Source: an uncultured Pseudomonadota bacterium
Lineage (GTDB): Bacteria; Oederibacteriota; Muellerivitia; Muellerivitales; Muellerivitaceae
DNA length: 64,000 nucleotides
Reading direction: 5' to 3'
Assembly (NCBI GenBank): GCA_963836235.1
Contig: CAWIIP010000004.1
Coordinates: forward strand, 64,001-128,000
Shown: in pieces, positions 20,668 through 29,871 of the stretch
How the letters are laid out: each line of letters opens with the position of its first letter
Numbering within the stretch: the first letter of the stretch is position 1
Program-made: the position numbers and the translations under genes
Notes under the pieces: generated by a model
What the model was told of the DNA's origin: nothing
Databases searched by the model: none
What the model saw: the letters and a program-made list of their open reading frames with translations, nothing else

Positions 20668-23610
20668 ATGACTAGGAAAAAAAACCTAAATTTTGGAAAG
20701 ATTATTCTATTTTTGGTTTTTTTATGCGTCATTCCCGTATCCCGCCTGCTGGCTTGTGGCAGCGGGCTCAGTATCTTAAGTGTGACCCTTTCGCCGTCAA
20801 CGGCCGCTCTTGGGTCATCCATTTCGGTGACAGTGGTGTACCAACAAACCGCAGGATGGAATCAGGTCTATCTTCTGGGTGGGTTCAACCTCAATCAAAA
20901 TACTTTTCAAGGTTGCAACACGACTGGCCAGGATTTTGTAATTTACCAGGGCGCTCCCGGCAATGGGGACAGCCCTGGGGCCGGATCGGACGCGGGGGGT
21001 TACCTCGTTAATCCCGGCGGAACCGGACCTGCCACCCAAGTTTTCACCGTTACTGTTCCCCCGGAATTGACCCCGGGCGTGACTTATAATTTCATCGTGG
21101 GGGGGAGCGGTTGCGACGCTAAATGCGGCGATGCGGGTAACATGGAATCCCAAAGTTCCGCTTCCTTGACAACCCTGCTTCCGCCGCCCAGTTGCGCGGC
21201 CACGGTTTTGACGGAAGGCGTCACCGCTGCGCCTAACGGTTTTTTCCTTTTCGATATCGATTACAGTTTCGTGAATGCCGGGAGCAGCAATATTGTTTAT
21301 CCGCTTCCCAGCAATGTCACTTATGTATCCGCCGGTCCGAATGCCGTTTATAACGGCGGTTCCAATAGCGTTAGTTGGAATTTAGGCAATGTTTCCTCAC
21401 CTCAAACAGGAGTCTTGTGGACTTTGGTGAGTGTGAATTCAGGCACAGGGACGGGGGTGGTCATTCCCAACGTGGCAACTCTCAATAGTGCGAATTGCGG
21501 GACGAGTTCGAGCAACACTGCCAATGCAATGGTTCAAATCCCCAACCTAACTTTAACCAAAAGCCAATCCGCCGCTTCGTTGTCGGCAGGGTCAACGATC
21601 ACGTATAACTTGGATTGGACTTCCATGGGCCAGAACCTTCAGTTTTATGATTCCTATGACAACATCCCTCAGGGCAGCAATACCAACGGTAGCGCAGTTG
21701 CATGGGGTTATGATTTAACGAATTATACCGTTGCGTCAGCCGGAAGCCCTTCGGCCAACGGAACTTGGACCGTGGAAACAGACGCTCTGGGTAACCACTA
21801 TATTGACGCGACGGTAGCCAGCCAATGTGGTGGTGGAGCTCCCAACCAAAATCCCGAGTTAATCCGAAATATCCCAGGTGTGGACATTTGTGGTAATTTT
21901 ATCGTTGAGGGGGATATCGAGGTTCCCAACTCAACCTCTTGTCCGGCGGGCGCGGACGCCCACATGGTACTGGCTTGCAATCCATCCCAGGGCATTACCT
22001 TGAAAGCAGCGATCTCGATAGACAACAATCCGGGCAACCTTTTCATTCAGAAGAACAATATCTATCCCCTTCCGGCTGGCGCCAGTATGGGTGTTACTTT
22101 CCCAAGCGGTTCCCCCACGACCATCGTCATAGGCAATTGGTACACCTTGCGGGTACAAGTCCAATGTTCGGGGACGGGAACCATTACCTATACTGCGGCG
22201 CTTTGGCCCAAGGGCGATCCGGCCGCCGCGGTGACTCTTAATTACACGGATAACACCCCCATCCAACCGATTTGTTCTGGGGGATGGACGCAAGGCTGGC
22301 AAGTCGATGAGACATCGGGCGAGGATTGGTACTCGAACCTAAAAGTTTTCGGCCCGGGGCCGATATTAAGCGCCGCCGTTACCGATGTCGTTCCCGCCGG
22401 AGTAACCTATATCGGTAGCACCGCTTTCGGAATTTACAATGGCGGGACTAACACGATTTCCTGGAGTTCTCCTAATGCCTTCCCGGTTACCATGTTTTCT
22501 TTCGATACGCCTATCAACTGGTGGGGAACCGTGGCTTGTCCGGGGCCGATTACCAATAACTTTACAATGGCTGCCAATTCCATCCCCGCGGTTACTTCAA
22601 ACACGGTTACTTTAAGTATCTCTGGAGGTTGTATTACCACCACACCGACTCCCTCACCCACCGCAACACCTCCGATTGTTTCGTCTTTCGGGTGTTTTGC
22701 CCTGAGCGGAGATGGGGGCGATACGATCATTTCGAATGTCGGCGGCTATGTCGGCACCGCTCCAGCGCCCGCAGTTGTTGTGACGGATGTAACTTTGGCC
22801 TCGCCCATGAACTGGCCGAGCGCTTGTGGCGGCCAATGGATATCGGATAATGCCAATGCCTTTGCCCTCCAATCCACCCCCGCGACCATGGTGTTTCAAC
22901 GGACCTTTTCCATCAGTTCCGCGATTATCAGTAGCGGTTCTTTTGGGATTTCCTTTGGGGCCGATGATACGGCTTACTATGTTTTATCCAATAGCCTTTA
23001 CCCATCGGGAGTGACCATCGCTTCTACACTTTTTAAAAATTGCCAAGGGCAGGCTTTTAGTGGAAGCCTTTTGAGCAGCTCGGGCCCCAATACTTTGACT
23101 AGTTATTTGATAAATACCACCAGCATTCCAACTGGTGTTGGCTCTAATTACGGGTTTACGGGTCTTTATTATGCACTTTGTGTCATGGGCCTCACTCCTA
23201 CCCCGACGGCAACTCCCACTCTTACTCCAACTTCCACTATTACCGCGACACCCACCTTAACCATAACACCGACCATTACTAATACTTCCTCGTTGACCCC
23301 AACATCCATACCCACCCCTGTGGGTCTTCATGTTTGGCCCAATCCCTTTAACCCACAATATGCCTGGCCCGGCAATGGTGTTGGCTATTTGCGGGCTTAC
23401 ATGGTTCCGCCAGGAACGAAGATGAAAATCTATTCCATTTCCGGAGAATTGGTGATCACATTGGGCGAAGATCCTGCTTATCCTGGGTACATTGATTGGG
23501 ATGCAAAGAACAACAAAGGCGTGCCGGTTTCGGCTGGGATTTATTACTATGTCATCCAAAACAATAATTCCACCTTGTTGAGTGGAAAGGTATTAATTTT
23601 GAGGGATTAA
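20668..23610 (+). CDS. Secreted Cys-rich protein with DUF11 domains, inserted beta-sandwich/lectin-like domain, Thr/Pro linker and T9SS-CTD-like C-terminus
   Basis: Signal peptide; TKSQS...GSTITYNL and VTDVVPAGVTY; WPNPFNP...IYSISGELV...WDAKN..G.PVSAGIYYY...GKVLILRD. Confidence 0.85.
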   Translation: MTRKKNLNFGKIILFLVFLCVIPVSRLLACGSGLSILSVTLSPSTAALGSSISVTVVYQQTAGWNQVYLLGGFNLNQNTFQGCNTTGQDFVIYQGAPGNGDSPGAGSDAGGYLVNPGGTGPATQVFTVTVPPELTPGVTYNFIVGGSGCDAKCGDAGNMESQSSASLTTLLPPPSCAATVLTEGVTAAPNGFFLFDIDYSFVNAGSSNIVYPLPSNVTYVSAGPNAVYNGGSNSVSWNLGNVSSPQTGVLWTLVSVNSGTGTGVVIPNVATLNSANCGTSSSNTANAMVQIPNLTLTKSQSAASLSAGSTITYNLDWTSMGQNLQFYDSYDNIPQGSNTNGSAVAWGYDLTNYTVASAGSPSANGTWTVETDALGNHYIDATVASQCGGGAPNQNPELIRNIPGVDICGNFIVEGDIEVPNSTSCPAGADAHMVLACNPSQGITLKAAISIDNNPGNLFIQKNNIYPLPAGASMGVTFPSGSPTTIVIGNWYTLRVQVQCSGTGTITYTAALWPKGDPAAAVTLNYTDNTPIQPICSGGWTQGWQVDETSGEDWYSNLKVFGPGPILSAAVTDVVPAGVTYIGSTAFGIYNGGTNTISWSSPNAFPVTMFSFDTPINWWGTVACPGPITNNFTMAANSIPAVTSNTVTLSISGGCITTTPTPSPTATPPIVSSFGCFALSGDGGDTIISNVGGYVGTAPAPAVVVTDVTLASPMNWPSACGGQWISDNANAFALQSTPATMVFQRTFSISSAIISSGSFGISFGADDTAYYVLSNSLYPSGVTIASTLFKNCQGQAFSGSLLSSSGPNTLTSYLINTTSIPTGVGSNYGFTGLYYALCVMGLTPTPTATPTLTPTSTITATPTLTITPTITNTSSLTPTSIPTPVGLHVWPNPFNPQYAWPGNGVGYLRAYMVPPGTKMKIYSISGELVITLGEDPAYPGYIDWDAKNNKGVPVSAGIYYYVIQNNNSTLLSGKVLILRD

Positions 23611-23760
23611 TCTAATACGGGGTTTTTGACGTTCAATCCTTTCTTAGTTCGGAAAATTGAAATAGCGGTTTAAAGGCCAACTGATTATGATAGTTAAGCT
23701 TTTCGGATGATTCTTATTTAACAAGTTTGTATTAATTAATTCTCGTAACCAACATCGTTT

Positions 23761-25962
23761 ATGAGGAAGCCTATGCCGTGTGATAAATCATATTTTTCCC
23801 TGTGTTTTGGGCGGATAATACTAAGTTTGGCCGCTGCCTTATTCCTTTTTACCTTTAGTCTCCCCTTCCCTACAGAAGCCCAACAGGTGTCGGGTGCCGG
23901 TAGCACCAGCACGAATTTCCAAAAGATAGGCATGGGGGCCCGTGCGGCGGGAATGGGAAACGCTTTTACAGGTGTGGCAAATGATGTCACCGCCGTTTTT
24001 TGGAACCCGGCTGGCCTGATTCTAGCCAAGGGAACTCAGTTCAATTTCACTGAAGGGGTTTGGCTCCAGGGAGTCAGCGACGAGTATTTCGCCTTTAGCC
24101 AGAACATCGATCAGGATGGAGCCTTTGGCGGGAGCATCGAGTATTTAGGGACGGGTTCCTTTCCAGGGGCATTAGAAAATCCCGACGGGTCTTATGGAGG
24201 TGTAGGTCCCAATATCAGCGCTTCCAACTATTTCGGTACCTTGGCCTATGCCCAAAGGCTGGGTAACTGGATTCCGGGAGATTTTTTCAAAAAGTCCATG
24301 TTGGGTCTTGAAGCATCAGTCGTGGGCCAGAACGTCGTCAATATCGGCAACGCCGCATCGTCTTTCAACCTGGGATATCTTTACGAAATTACCCGGAAGA
24401 CTTTTTACTTGGGCGCTCTTTTATCCAATGTGGGAACCAGTATTCAAAGTTTCACCCAGCCATTAAGTTATCGATTTGCCGGTTCCTATACCCTTCGGAA
24501 TACCCTCATGAAAAAAGATCGGGATATTATCGCTATGGATGCGAATGGGTATAACGACACGGGTTTTAAGTTCGACCTCGGTGATGAATATCAAATGACT
24601 TTAGGGCGAAACGATGTTGCCTTGCGAGTGGGGTACAATACCGAGGATGACCTTTCGGGAATCACAGCGGGTGCAGGTATCGCCCACCGGTTTGACGATT
24701 TCACCGCTTCCTTGGACTATGCTTTTGTTCCTTATGGAGTGTTGGGGAATACCCATCGGGTTTCACTCAACCTTTTAATGGGTGGCGATCTAATTAAGCC
24801 CGAGGCCTATGTCAACGCGCAATCGGCTTTCGTCTTAGGCCAGCAGACCATTAACGTCAATTTCGCCACCAAAAGCGAAGAACCCATCGACAGCTACAAC
24901 ATCACCATCCTGGATTCCTCGGGTACTTTGGTTAAGACCTTTTCCGGCAAGGGAACGCCTCCTTCCCATTATCTTTGGGACGGCCGTAATCAAGCAGGGG
25001 AATTAGTCCCCCAAGGAACCTATTCTTTTAACTTGTCTGTTACCGACGATAACGACTTGTCCGGAACCGCTCGGCCTGCCCAAACCTACGCAAAATGGGT
25101 TCCCAAAAGAGTCCCCTATCAATATACCTTCGGAGTTTCAGGCGACTTGTTGTTTAACTCTGGCAAGGATGATTTGCAGCCAAGGGGTTACGATGCCATC
25201 CAAAAGGCCGCCATGGCCATCCGCCATCGGTATCCCGACAGCCTGATTATCATCGCGGGCCACACGGATAATGAGAAATTGGCTAAAGGGGCCAAGTTTG
25301 CCGATAACCAACAGCTTTCTTTGGCCCGAGCCCAGGCTGTCATGAATTATTTGGTCCGTAATGGAATGGATGCTTCCAAGTTAAGCGTTGTGGGTTACGG
25401 AGATACCAAACCGATCGCGGATAACGCCACGCCGGAGGGCAGGGCAAAAAACCGCCGGGTGGAACTGGTGGTCTCGGGCGTTATGGACGCCACCGCGACC
25501 GACTTGATCGACGAAGGGATGATCCAGTTTAAACAACAAAATTACCGGGAAGCCTTGGACCGTTTCTTGAAGGCCCTTGAATCCGACAGCCGAAATGCCA
25601 AAGCATATCACTTGGCGGGGGATTGCTATATGCGCTTGGGGGGCAGGGACCAGGCCATTGCCGCTTATCAGAAATCGCTGAAATACAATCCGGGAGACGC
25701 GCCCTTGAGACAATGGATGGACCAGTATGCGCCTAAGCCCGTACCTGTGGCGCCGACAACGAACGTGGCCCCGGCGGCGACTTCACCCCAAGCCAATTCC
25801 GTCCAACCGGCTCCGAATAGTCCCGCTACTTCTGCCCAACCTGAAGCACAGCCCCAGCCCGCTCAACCCGCGGTTCAAGAACAGCCGGCCCAGCCCCAAT
25901 CGGCCGCACCAGCTACTCAAGCCTCTCCCACAGGTATGCCCCAGCCAGTCGATGGAAATTAA
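23761..25962 (+). CDS. PorV/PorQ (UPF0164)-family beta-barrel fused to FlgD-like Ig, OmpA/MotB peptidoglycan-binding, TPR and Pro/Gln-rich tail
   Basis: GARAAGMGNAFTGVANDVTAVFWNPAGL; LDYAFVPYG.LGNTHRVSL; WDGRNQAGELVPQGTY; GHTDN...LSLARAQAV...GYGDTKP...GRAKNRRVE; TPR helices. Start may be ATG 23773. Confidence 0.85.
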   Translation: MRKPMPCDKSYFSLCFGRIILSLAAALFLFTFSLPFPTEAQQVSGAGSTSTNFQKIGMGARAAGMGNAFTGVANDVTAVFWNPAGLILAKGTQFNFTEGVWLQGVSDEYFAFSQNIDQDGAFGGSIEYLGTGSFPGALENPDGSYGGVGPNISASNYFGTLAYAQRLGNWIPGDFFKKSMLGLEASVVGQNVVNIGNAASSFNLGYLYEITRKTFYLGALLSNVGTSIQSFTQPLSYRFAGSYTLRNTLMKKDRDIIAMDANGYNDTGFKFDLGDEYQMTLGRNDVALRVGYNTEDDLSGITAGAGIAHRFDDFTASLDYAFVPYGVLGNTHRVSLNLLMGGDLIKPEAYVNAQSAFVLGQQTINVNFATKSEEPIDSYNITILDSSGTLVKTFSGKGTPPSHYLWDGRNQAGELVPQGTYSFNLSVTDDNDLSGTARPAQTYAKWVPKRVPYQYTFGVSGDLLFNSGKDDLQPRGYDAIQKAAMAIRHRYPDSLIIIAGHTDNEKLAKGAKFADNQQLSLARAQAVMNYLVRNGMDASKLSVVGYGDTKPIADNATPEGRAKNRRVELVVSGVMDATATDLIDEGMIQFKQQNYREALDRFLKALESDSRNAKAYHLAGDCYMRLGGRDQAIAAYQKSLKYNPGDAPLRQWMDQYAPKPVPVAPTTNVAPAATSPQANSVQPAPNSPATSAQPEAQPQPAQPAVQEQPAQPQSAAPATQASPTGMPQPVDGN

Positions 25963-26302
25963 TTAGGTTTTGTGGCGAGCACGAATAAATTTTTTATACA
26001 TGGTTTCTCTTAAAATTCTAGATATTTGAAAAGATATCGAAGTTATTGCAGTTCAATTCCAAGGCTTTTCCAAAGACGTTTTTTAATTTGCTGATCCCCT
26101 TTTTTCCGTACCTTCTTGGTCATCCCGATGACCCATGTGCTATGGGGTGAAGAGTTATGAGTACAAATAGTGGGATTCCACAAAGAATTTCCTAAGGATG
26201 CGGGCGATAAAGTCCAAGGTGGGGAGGCGGTTTTTCCTTGTCCGCGGGGTTGGCTTCTGGGTAGCATAGGAAACATTCAGCTTACGGGAGCGCAGGCGTC
26301 AT

Positions 26303-26752
26303 ATGAGAAAAATACTTGTTCTTCATGGCCCCAATTTGAATCTTTTAGGGGAGAGAGAACCTAATGTTTACGGTTCGGTTACCTTGGAGGAAATCAACCG
26401 GGAATTGAACGACCTAGCCTCCGAAATCGGCGCAGAACTCCGTATCGTCCAATCGAATCATGAGGGTGAAATCGTCGAGACTATCCAAAATTCCAGGCAT
26501 TGGGCCGATGTCATCATCATTAATCCCGCCGCTTATACTCATACGTCGGTAGCCATCCGGGACGCGCTATCGGCAATATCCACCCCCACCATCGAGGTTC
26601 ACCTTTCTAATATTTACGCGCGAGAGGGATTCCGCCAGGCTTCCCATATTTCGCCGGTGGCGGTGGGTCAAATCACGGGGTTCGGAAAAAACAGCTATCT
26701 TTTGGCCCTCCAGGCCGCCACGGTTATTCCATTGCCGGAAAAGAAGAAATAG
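26303..26752 (+). CDS. aroQ: Type II 3-dehydroquinate dehydratase
   Basis: [50 protein letters not shown]. Confidence 0.97.
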   Translation: MRKILVLHGPNLNLLGEREPNVYGSVTLEEINRELNDLASEIGAELRIVQSNHEGEIVETIQNSRHWADVIIINPAAYTHTSVAIRDALSAISTPTIEVHLSNIYAREGFRQASHISPVAVGQITGFGKNSYLLALQAATVIPLPEKKK

Positions 26753-26934
26753 TTCTTAAAGCCGCTGACCAAGAAGGCGAATATCATCCATTTATTCCGA
26801 ATGATAGATGGACAACTCTGAAAATTCTTTTTTGGGGTTTGGAGATGTAAAAAATAAGACTTTCTTGGCGTCCTGGCCGTTGGCAGCTTGAAGGCTTCAT
26901 GGTGAATTATTAGGGATTCCCTTAAAATGACAGG

Positions 26935-29871
26935 ATGAAATCCATTCCCTCCATTGCTATTTCTTCTGACCGAATATTTGAAATTTCCTGCCTCACCATT
27001 GGGATTTACCTTCTTTTTCACCCCGCCTTAGCCTACCCCCAATCCCGTGCCGTGGCGCTTGGGGGAGGTTTATTACTTCTACTATTTAAAAGGGTGGAGC
27101 CAAATTCCTTTGCCGTTTTAGGGAAGGCATGGTGGTTTTTTCTACTTTATGCTGTTTTGTCTTCTTTCGGTTCTTTTCAGCATGGTTTGACATTACAGTC
27201 GGCTGGATTTGTCTTTTTGGGTACGATTCTCTATTTAATGGCCCAGCACCGGGATCCGACGGCCAAAATAAGAATGGAAACGGTTTGGGTCTTAACGGCT
27301 GGAGTGGCAGCTACGTTGGCTTTGGCCCAACGTTTTTACGGGTTTGATCAATTGGCTTTAGCCTTGCCGAGTCTTTCCGGGGAAGAATTAAAAATTGCCA
27401 CGGCAGGCGCCCATAACCACCGTGCTTTCGGCCCCCTAGTGACCCCGGGGGCTTTGGCCGCTTTGATGATTCTTTTGATCCCGCTCAGTTTCGTGTTTGC
27501 TTGGGTTCATTCCGGTTTTAAAAGAATTCTCTTCTCCCTTTTAACCCTCTTGATGGTTTTAGGGCTTTGGTCCACCCAAAGCGTAGGGGCGCTGGTTTGC
27601 CTCACCCTGGCGGTTTTAGCGGTGCTGGGATTCCGGAAATCCCGGCTTTGGATTCTTGGGTCACTGGTTTTGGGGCTTGCGGGCATATTTAAAATGGTAG
27701 CGATGCGAGGATTGCAAAGCTGGATATGGGCCGCCTTTTCCATGAGATTAGACCTCTGGAAATCAGCCTGGGCGCTTTTTCTGCAACATCCTTTTCTGGG
27801 TTCGGGCTTGGGAACATTCGGGGAAGTTTATCAGCAATCTGGCCTTAGTTTGGATATCGGCGCCAGGTTCGCGCACAACCTCCTATTACAACTTTTGGTG
27901 GAAACGGGTTTAACGGGAATAATTCTGTTCTTTTGGGGGATCGTCGGGTTCATCCGAAGATTAAAACTACCCTCCCGATGGGAAGGCTGGGGAGTATTGA
28001 CGGGTGTTATGGCTTTTCTTCTGTTTTCTTTAGTGGACCTACCTTTTCAAATGCCGGAACTGGTTTGGGTATTCGCCTTGATGGCTGGACGACTTGAATT
28101 GAGGCCAGAAACAGAAAGAATTTTTCTGGCCCTTTCTGTTTCGTGTCTTGAATACGGACTGCTTGGAGTAATGGTGATTTCGGGTTTTTGGCCTCCCTTC
28201 CGGCCCTGGAATTTCGCCTTATTGGCAGGCGCTCTTTGGGTTACCCTGGCCTTGTTGGGAAAGTCTTTCGACCGGATTCCATTGTGGGTATTCCTTGGCG
28301 GGCTTTTTGTCGGGTTGAGGGCTTTTAACTCGTCTTCGGCCGAGGGAACAGTCCGTTTCTTGGAAACAGCGGGGATTGCCCTGGTTTTTTGGCTTGTGGC
28401 GGGTACTTTGGATTCAAAGGGTACTTTTGTCCGGCGTTTTTGTCTATTGGGACTGGCTTGGGGAGCCGCCGCTTGGGTTGTTTCCTTTTCTGGAGCGCCA
28501 TTCGAGGCCTGGGCGAATTTTACCAATCCCAAGCATCTCGCTGTTTTTTTGATTCCGCTAATAATCTTGTTTTTTCCAACGGGAATTCCGCAGACGAAAA
28601 ACATTCTCGTTTCCGGGGCGGCTCTTTTGACCATGGCAAGATTGAGAGCGACAGGGGCCTTAGTCGGGCTGACTGTGGGTTTCCTAATGCTTCCGAAACT
28701 TTCCAAAAAAATAAAACTCTTATCGCTGGCGCTTTTGATCCTGGCGGCTTGGGTCATTCGTGCGCTCCAGCCCAGTTCAACGCAATGGGATCGCCTCCTG
28801 ATCTGGAAAGCCTCCGCTCAAGTCTGGAGCCGCCATTTATTGATAGGGAATGGCCCGGGAGTTTTTGATGGCGAGTTCGAAAAGATCGAAGAACCGCGTT
28901 CGGGAGGATTGAGTCGCTATCTAATGGAAGCCGGTTATTCCCACAACGAGTTTTTGGAATTTCTCACCGCTTTCGGTGTTGTGGGAGGCCTTTTTGTGGT
29001 GGTTGGGTTGTGGACTTTATTCCGGGCAAACAAAGACGGCCCTCGTACCGCCGCTTTTGGCGGGGTAAGCGCCGCTTCTTTGGTGGACTTTTGCCTCCAT
29101 ACACCCCGGGTTTTTCTGCAATGGGTTGCTTTGATGGCCCCACAGCAAGAAGAAAATCTTGGGATTTCCTGGCCGGGTGGGTTCTTGGCTTTTGGCCTAG
29201 TTTGCGGACTTTTTTGGGCAGCCGCCTTTGTGCCGCATCTTGAGGTTCAGGCAGGTGAAGCGGAAAACCAAAACCAATTCCCCCTAGAGCTTCGGCTTTT
29301 GGAAACGGCAGAAAAATTGAATGCCTGGGATGCCCAGAACAGTTGGGTGAAGGCCCAATTCCTCGAGAGACTTTACCTTGCGACGGGTGATCTCAACTGG
29401 AAACAAAAGTCCGACGACACCCTGGCGAAGATTTTGTACCTGGAGCCGAACCAGGGGGATTGGTATTGGAAAAAAGCGAGACTTCTCTCTGAGCGGGTGA
29501 ATAAGGAAAAGACGCCCGCATCCATGACAGCCGCAGTCCAGGCCTGGCGGGAAGCGGAAATCCAACTGCCTTATTCCGCCTACTTGCGCTATGAAGAAGG
29601 GATGTTCTTCCTTCAGTCTGGGCAAAAAGAAGAGGCGGTCTCATCCCTTCAAAAAGCGGTGGAACTGGAGCCCAACTATGCGGTGGCCTGGGCCAAGCTG
29701 GGATTCCTATTGAAAATGGAAGGGAGCAAGGACCAAGCCCGGCAGGCCTTCCAGCAAGCCCTCCAGGTCCATGAGGCTTGGAAGGATAAATCGATCGATT
29801 CGCCGGAAAAACCCATGTTGGCCATCCCGGACGATGTGATCAACCAAATCCGCCAGGAAGCGCGGTTATGA
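26935..29871 (+). CDS. Membrane protein with two O-antigen ligase (Wzy_C-like) modules and C-terminal TPRs
   Basis: R..LW...HPFLGSGLGTF...AHN...ETGLTG and R..IW...LIGNGPGVF...SHNEFLE...GVVG; many TM helices; AVELEPNYA.AW..LG. Confidence 0.82.
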   Translation: MKSIPSIAISSDRIFEISCLTIGIYLLFHPALAYPQSRAVALGGGLLLLLFKRVEPNSFAVLGKAWWFFLLYAVLSSFGSFQHGLTLQSAGFVFLGTILYLMAQHRDPTAKIRMETVWVLTAGVAATLALAQRFYGFDQLALALPSLSGEELKIATAGAHNHRAFGPLVTPGALAALMILLIPLSFVFAWVHSGFKRILFSLLTLLMVLGLWSTQSVGALVCLTLAVLAVLGFRKSRLWILGSLVLGLAGIFKMVAMRGLQSWIWAAFSMRLDLWKSAWALFLQHPFLGSGLGTFGEVYQQSGLSLDIGARFAHNLLLQLLVETGLTGIILFFWGIVGFIRRLKLPSRWEGWGVLTGVMAFLLFSLVDLPFQMPELVWVFALMAGRLELRPETERIFLALSVSCLEYGLLGVMVISGFWPPFRPWNFALLAGALWVTLALLGKSFDRIPLWVFLGGLFVGLRAFNSSSAEGTVRFLETAGIALVFWLVAGTLDSKGTFVRRFCLLGLAWGAAAWVVSFSGAPFEAWANFTNPKHLAVFLIPLIILFFPTGIPQTKNILVSGAALLTMARLRATGALVGLTVGFLMLPKLSKKIKLLSLALLILAAWVIRALQPSSTQWDRLLIWKASAQVWSRHLLIGNGPGVFDGEFEKIEEPRSGGLSRYLMEAGYSHNEFLEFLTAFGVVGGLFVVVGLWTLFRANKDGPRTAAFGGVSAASLVDFCLHTPRVFLQWVALMAPQQEENLGISWPGGFLAFGLVCGLFWAAAFVPHLEVQAGEAENQNQFPLELRLLETAEKLNAWDAQNSWVKAQFLERLYLATGDLNWKQKSDDTLAKILYLEPNQGDWYWKKARLLSERVNKEKTPASMTAAVQAWREAEIQLPYSAYLRYEEGMFFLQSGQKEEAVSSLQKAVELEPNYAVAWAKLGFLLKMEGSKDQARQAFQQALQVHEAWKDKSIDSPEKPMLAIPDDVINQIRQEARL

